DNA from: a virus
Lineage: Duplodnaviria; Caudoviricetes
Strand: one strand, 5' to 3'
IMG/VR virus record: IMGVR_UViG_3300020258_000013
Span: 1-39,715 of that record
DNA: 39,715 bases
The position numbers and the translations under genes are program-made. Below the pieces are notes generated by a model. It did no database searches. It saw nothing but the letters and a program-made list of their open reading frames with translations, and was not told the origin of the DNA. Position 1 is the first letter of the stretch. Every line of letters begins with the position of its first letter. Positions 38,237-39,715 of this stretch are shown in pieces.

Positions 38237-39001
38237 ATGTCAACTATTAGAGTAAATATTCTAGAATCATCTAGTGGTGGTGCTATCAACATCCCATCTG
38301 GAAATAGTATTGACCTAGGTGATAGTGGTCTTTCCCTCAGTGAAAATTCATTGCCACCATCCCCCAGTAGTGGCAATGGACAATATTTGTATAGTGATGG
38401 AAGTGCTTCTCCAAGTTTTAACCTACCTGGACCTAAGAGTATTCAAACGTTTACCCAGTCTGGTACGTGGAATAAACCAGCTGGTATTGGTAAGATCCTC
38501 GTTCGTCTAGTTGGTGGTGGCGGCGGTGGATCTGGTCACGGAGAATCAGCAGGTGCTGGTGGATACTCAGAAAAATTAATTGATGTTGGTAATATTAGTC
38601 AGGTATCTGTAACCGTAGGTAATGGTTCTCAGTCAGGAACATACTATTCTGGCAACGGAGGTGGTGGTCAAACCACATCATTCGGTAGTTACCTTTCTGC
38701 TAGTGGTGGTCTTGGTGCTAATCAAAGTCATCAACATTGTGGCGGTCTTCCTGGATTAGGTTCTGGTGGAGATCTAAACCTCTACGGTGGTGGCGGAACA
38801 GGACATTACGGTTATACTGGTGTTGGTGGCACTTCTCACTTTGGTGGACAAGGTGCTACTGGTCACCCCCAAGGCGGCAACTATTCTCACAATCACCAAA
38901 CTCATGCTGCTCCTGGAGCAGGTGGCGGTAGTGGATGGAGATCTAGTTATCAAGGAGCACATGGTTCCAATGGTATTATCGTTATCTACGAATACGCCTA
39001 A
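38237..39001 (+). CDS. Glycine-rich fibre-tip/adhesin-like protein, paralog 3 (254 aa)
   Basis: ATG immediately follows the upstream TAA. MSTIRVNIL; FTQSGTWNKPAGIGKILVRLVGGGGGG...GIIVIYEY; colinear with paralogs 1 and 2. Confidence 0.8.
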   Translation: MSTIRVNILESSSGGAINIPSGNSIDLGDSGLSLSENSLPPSPSSGNGQYLYSDGSASPSFNLPGPKSIQTFTQSGTWNKPAGIGKILVRLVGGGGGGSGHGESAGAGGYSEKLIDVGNISQVSVTVGNGSQSGTYYSGNGGGGQTTSFGSYLSASGGLGANQSHQHCGGLPGLGSGGDLNLYGGGGTGHYGYTGVGGTSHFGGQGATGHPQGGNYSHNHQTHAAPGAGGGSGWRSSYQGAHGSNGIIVIYEYA

Positions 39002-39008
39002 ATAAATA
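38998..39008 (+). promoter_or_regulatory. Candidate late promoter(s) CTAAATAAATA
   Basis: Two overlapping TAAATA cores spanning the paralog-3 stop codon, ~26 nt before the ATG at 39034. Confidence 0.55.
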
Positions 39009-39033
39009 AGATACACGTTTACGAGAAAAGTCA

Positions 39034-39510
39034 ATGAAGCGAGTCCTCATGGATTACCGAGGCGTCCTTAGTGATGTCGTCGATGTAGGTAAAGAATTTG
39101 AAATCTATGATGGTGACGATGCTCCCTTCCGTTGGGTTCTTTGTCGCCATGATGACGTAACCTCAAACTGGCATTTCTGTCAGGGACAATGGATTCGTCC
39201 AGATCAACGTCTTGAGATTGACCAAGATATCAAGCGTAAGGTAGCATATGGTCTTATTGAAGATCAACTAGATATGCTCTATAAAGATATCAAGGCAGGT
39301 CATTTGTCTGATGGTAATTGGGTTTCTCACATAGAAAACGTAAAGACAAATATCCCACCACAAAGGGAAATGGAAAAGAATGAAGCTTACAAAGAAGGTA
39401 AGTTCGAGATTAAACTCCATGCCAAGAATGATCCAGCATGGAACTACTTGCCTGATAATGATGGCGAGCAACTAAAATTTAACAAAGAGAAAGATTCCCG
39501 TCCTCATTGA
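39034..39510 (+). CDS. Hypothetical protein, tail-fibre assembly/chaperone-like (158 aa)
   Basis: The motif R..AY..IEDQLDMLYKD......W..HI..VK..IP recurs in small genes that follow fibre genes in marine phages. The function is inferred from context. Confidence 0.55.
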   Translation: MKRVLMDYRGVLSDVVDVGKEFEIYDGDDAPFRWVLCRHDDVTSNWHFCQGQWIRPDQRLEIDQDIKRKVAYGLIEDQLDMLYKDIKAGHLSDGNWVSHIENVKTNIPPQREMEKNEAYKEGKFEIKLHAKNDPAWNYLPDNDGEQLKFNKEKDSRPH

Positions 39511-39519
39511 TTTTATAAT

Positions 39520-39714
39520 ATGAAAGTGAATTCAATATGTATACTCGGCGGGGGCACTGCTGGGTGGATGACTGCTGCCTCATTAGTAAAAAACTTTCCA
39601 GAAAAAACCATTACCCTAGTAGAGTCCGAAGAGGTTCCTAGGATTGGTGTAGGAGAATCTACTCTACAAAAAATTAGATACTGGTTAGATGATCTAGGAA
39701 TTAAAGATTCCGAT
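39520..39714 (+). CDS. Flavin-dependent halogenase, tryptophan halogenase/PrnA-like (3'-truncated by window edge)
   Basis: Manual translation from the ATG at 39520: MKVNSICILGGGTAGWMTAASLVKNFPEKTITLVESEEVPRIGVGESTLQKIRYWLDDLGIKDSD. It contains the FAD-binding GGGTAGW motif and ITLVES...PRIGVGE(S/A)T of PrnA-family enzymes. Not in the ORF track because there is no stop in the window. Confidence 0.9.
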   Translation, partial: MKVNSICILGGGTAGWMTAASLVKNFPEKTITLVESEEVPRIGVGESTLQKIRYWLDDLGIKDSD

Positions 39715-39715
39715 T

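Noticed and set aside
36729-39001. Diversity-generating retroelement (TR/VR) explanation for the paralog repeats
   Set aside because: There is no reverse transcriptase in the window, all copies are coding, and the differences in the near-identical segments are C/T synonymous changes rather than adenine-specific.
1597-39471. Numerous 60-180-aa antisense and alternate-frame ORFs (e.g. 11939-12439, 27465-27941, 34470-35018, 35679-36170)
   Set aside because: All lie within or mostly overlap long + strand genes and show no recognisable motifs. They are expected shadows of biased codon usage in Gly/Thr/Val-rich genes.
39514-39519. TATAAT sigma70-like -10 box before the halogenase
   Set aside because: It abuts the ATG directly, leaving no room for a normal start site, and no convincing -35 is visible. 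It is likely just an AT-rich spacer.

Overview
Virion morphogenesis (baseplate/fibre) region of a T4-like marine myovirus, most likely a cyanophage (Kyanoviridae-like). All real genes are on the + strand and tightly packed, and T4-type late promoters (TATAAATA / CTAAATA) precede most of them. Gene order: partial gp6, a greatly enlarged gp7 (3239 aa), gp8, a VrlC/DUF4815-type structural protein (2690 aa), a 66-aa protein, a 1311-aa fibre-like protein, a 169-aa protein, a 3845-aa giant fibre, three tandem paralogous Gly-rich adhesin-like proteins, a tail-fibre-chaperone-like protein, and the 5' end of a flavin-dependent (tryptophan-type) halogenase that the ORF track misses. The most notable observations are: (1) two helical units in the giant fibre that resemble the bilin-binding segment of phycobiliproteins (LDAA...YP...KCxRDI); (2) a duplicated four-level nested ('Russian-doll') domain architecture in the same protein; (3) a 17-18 bp hairpin that hides the Shine-Dalgarno of the 2690-aa gene and carries a late promoter in its 5' arm; (4) a three-adhesin + chaperone + halogenase module; (5) a split cupredoxin-like H...C-x2-H-x2-M site. 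All family assignments come from recognising motifs by eye; no database searches were run.
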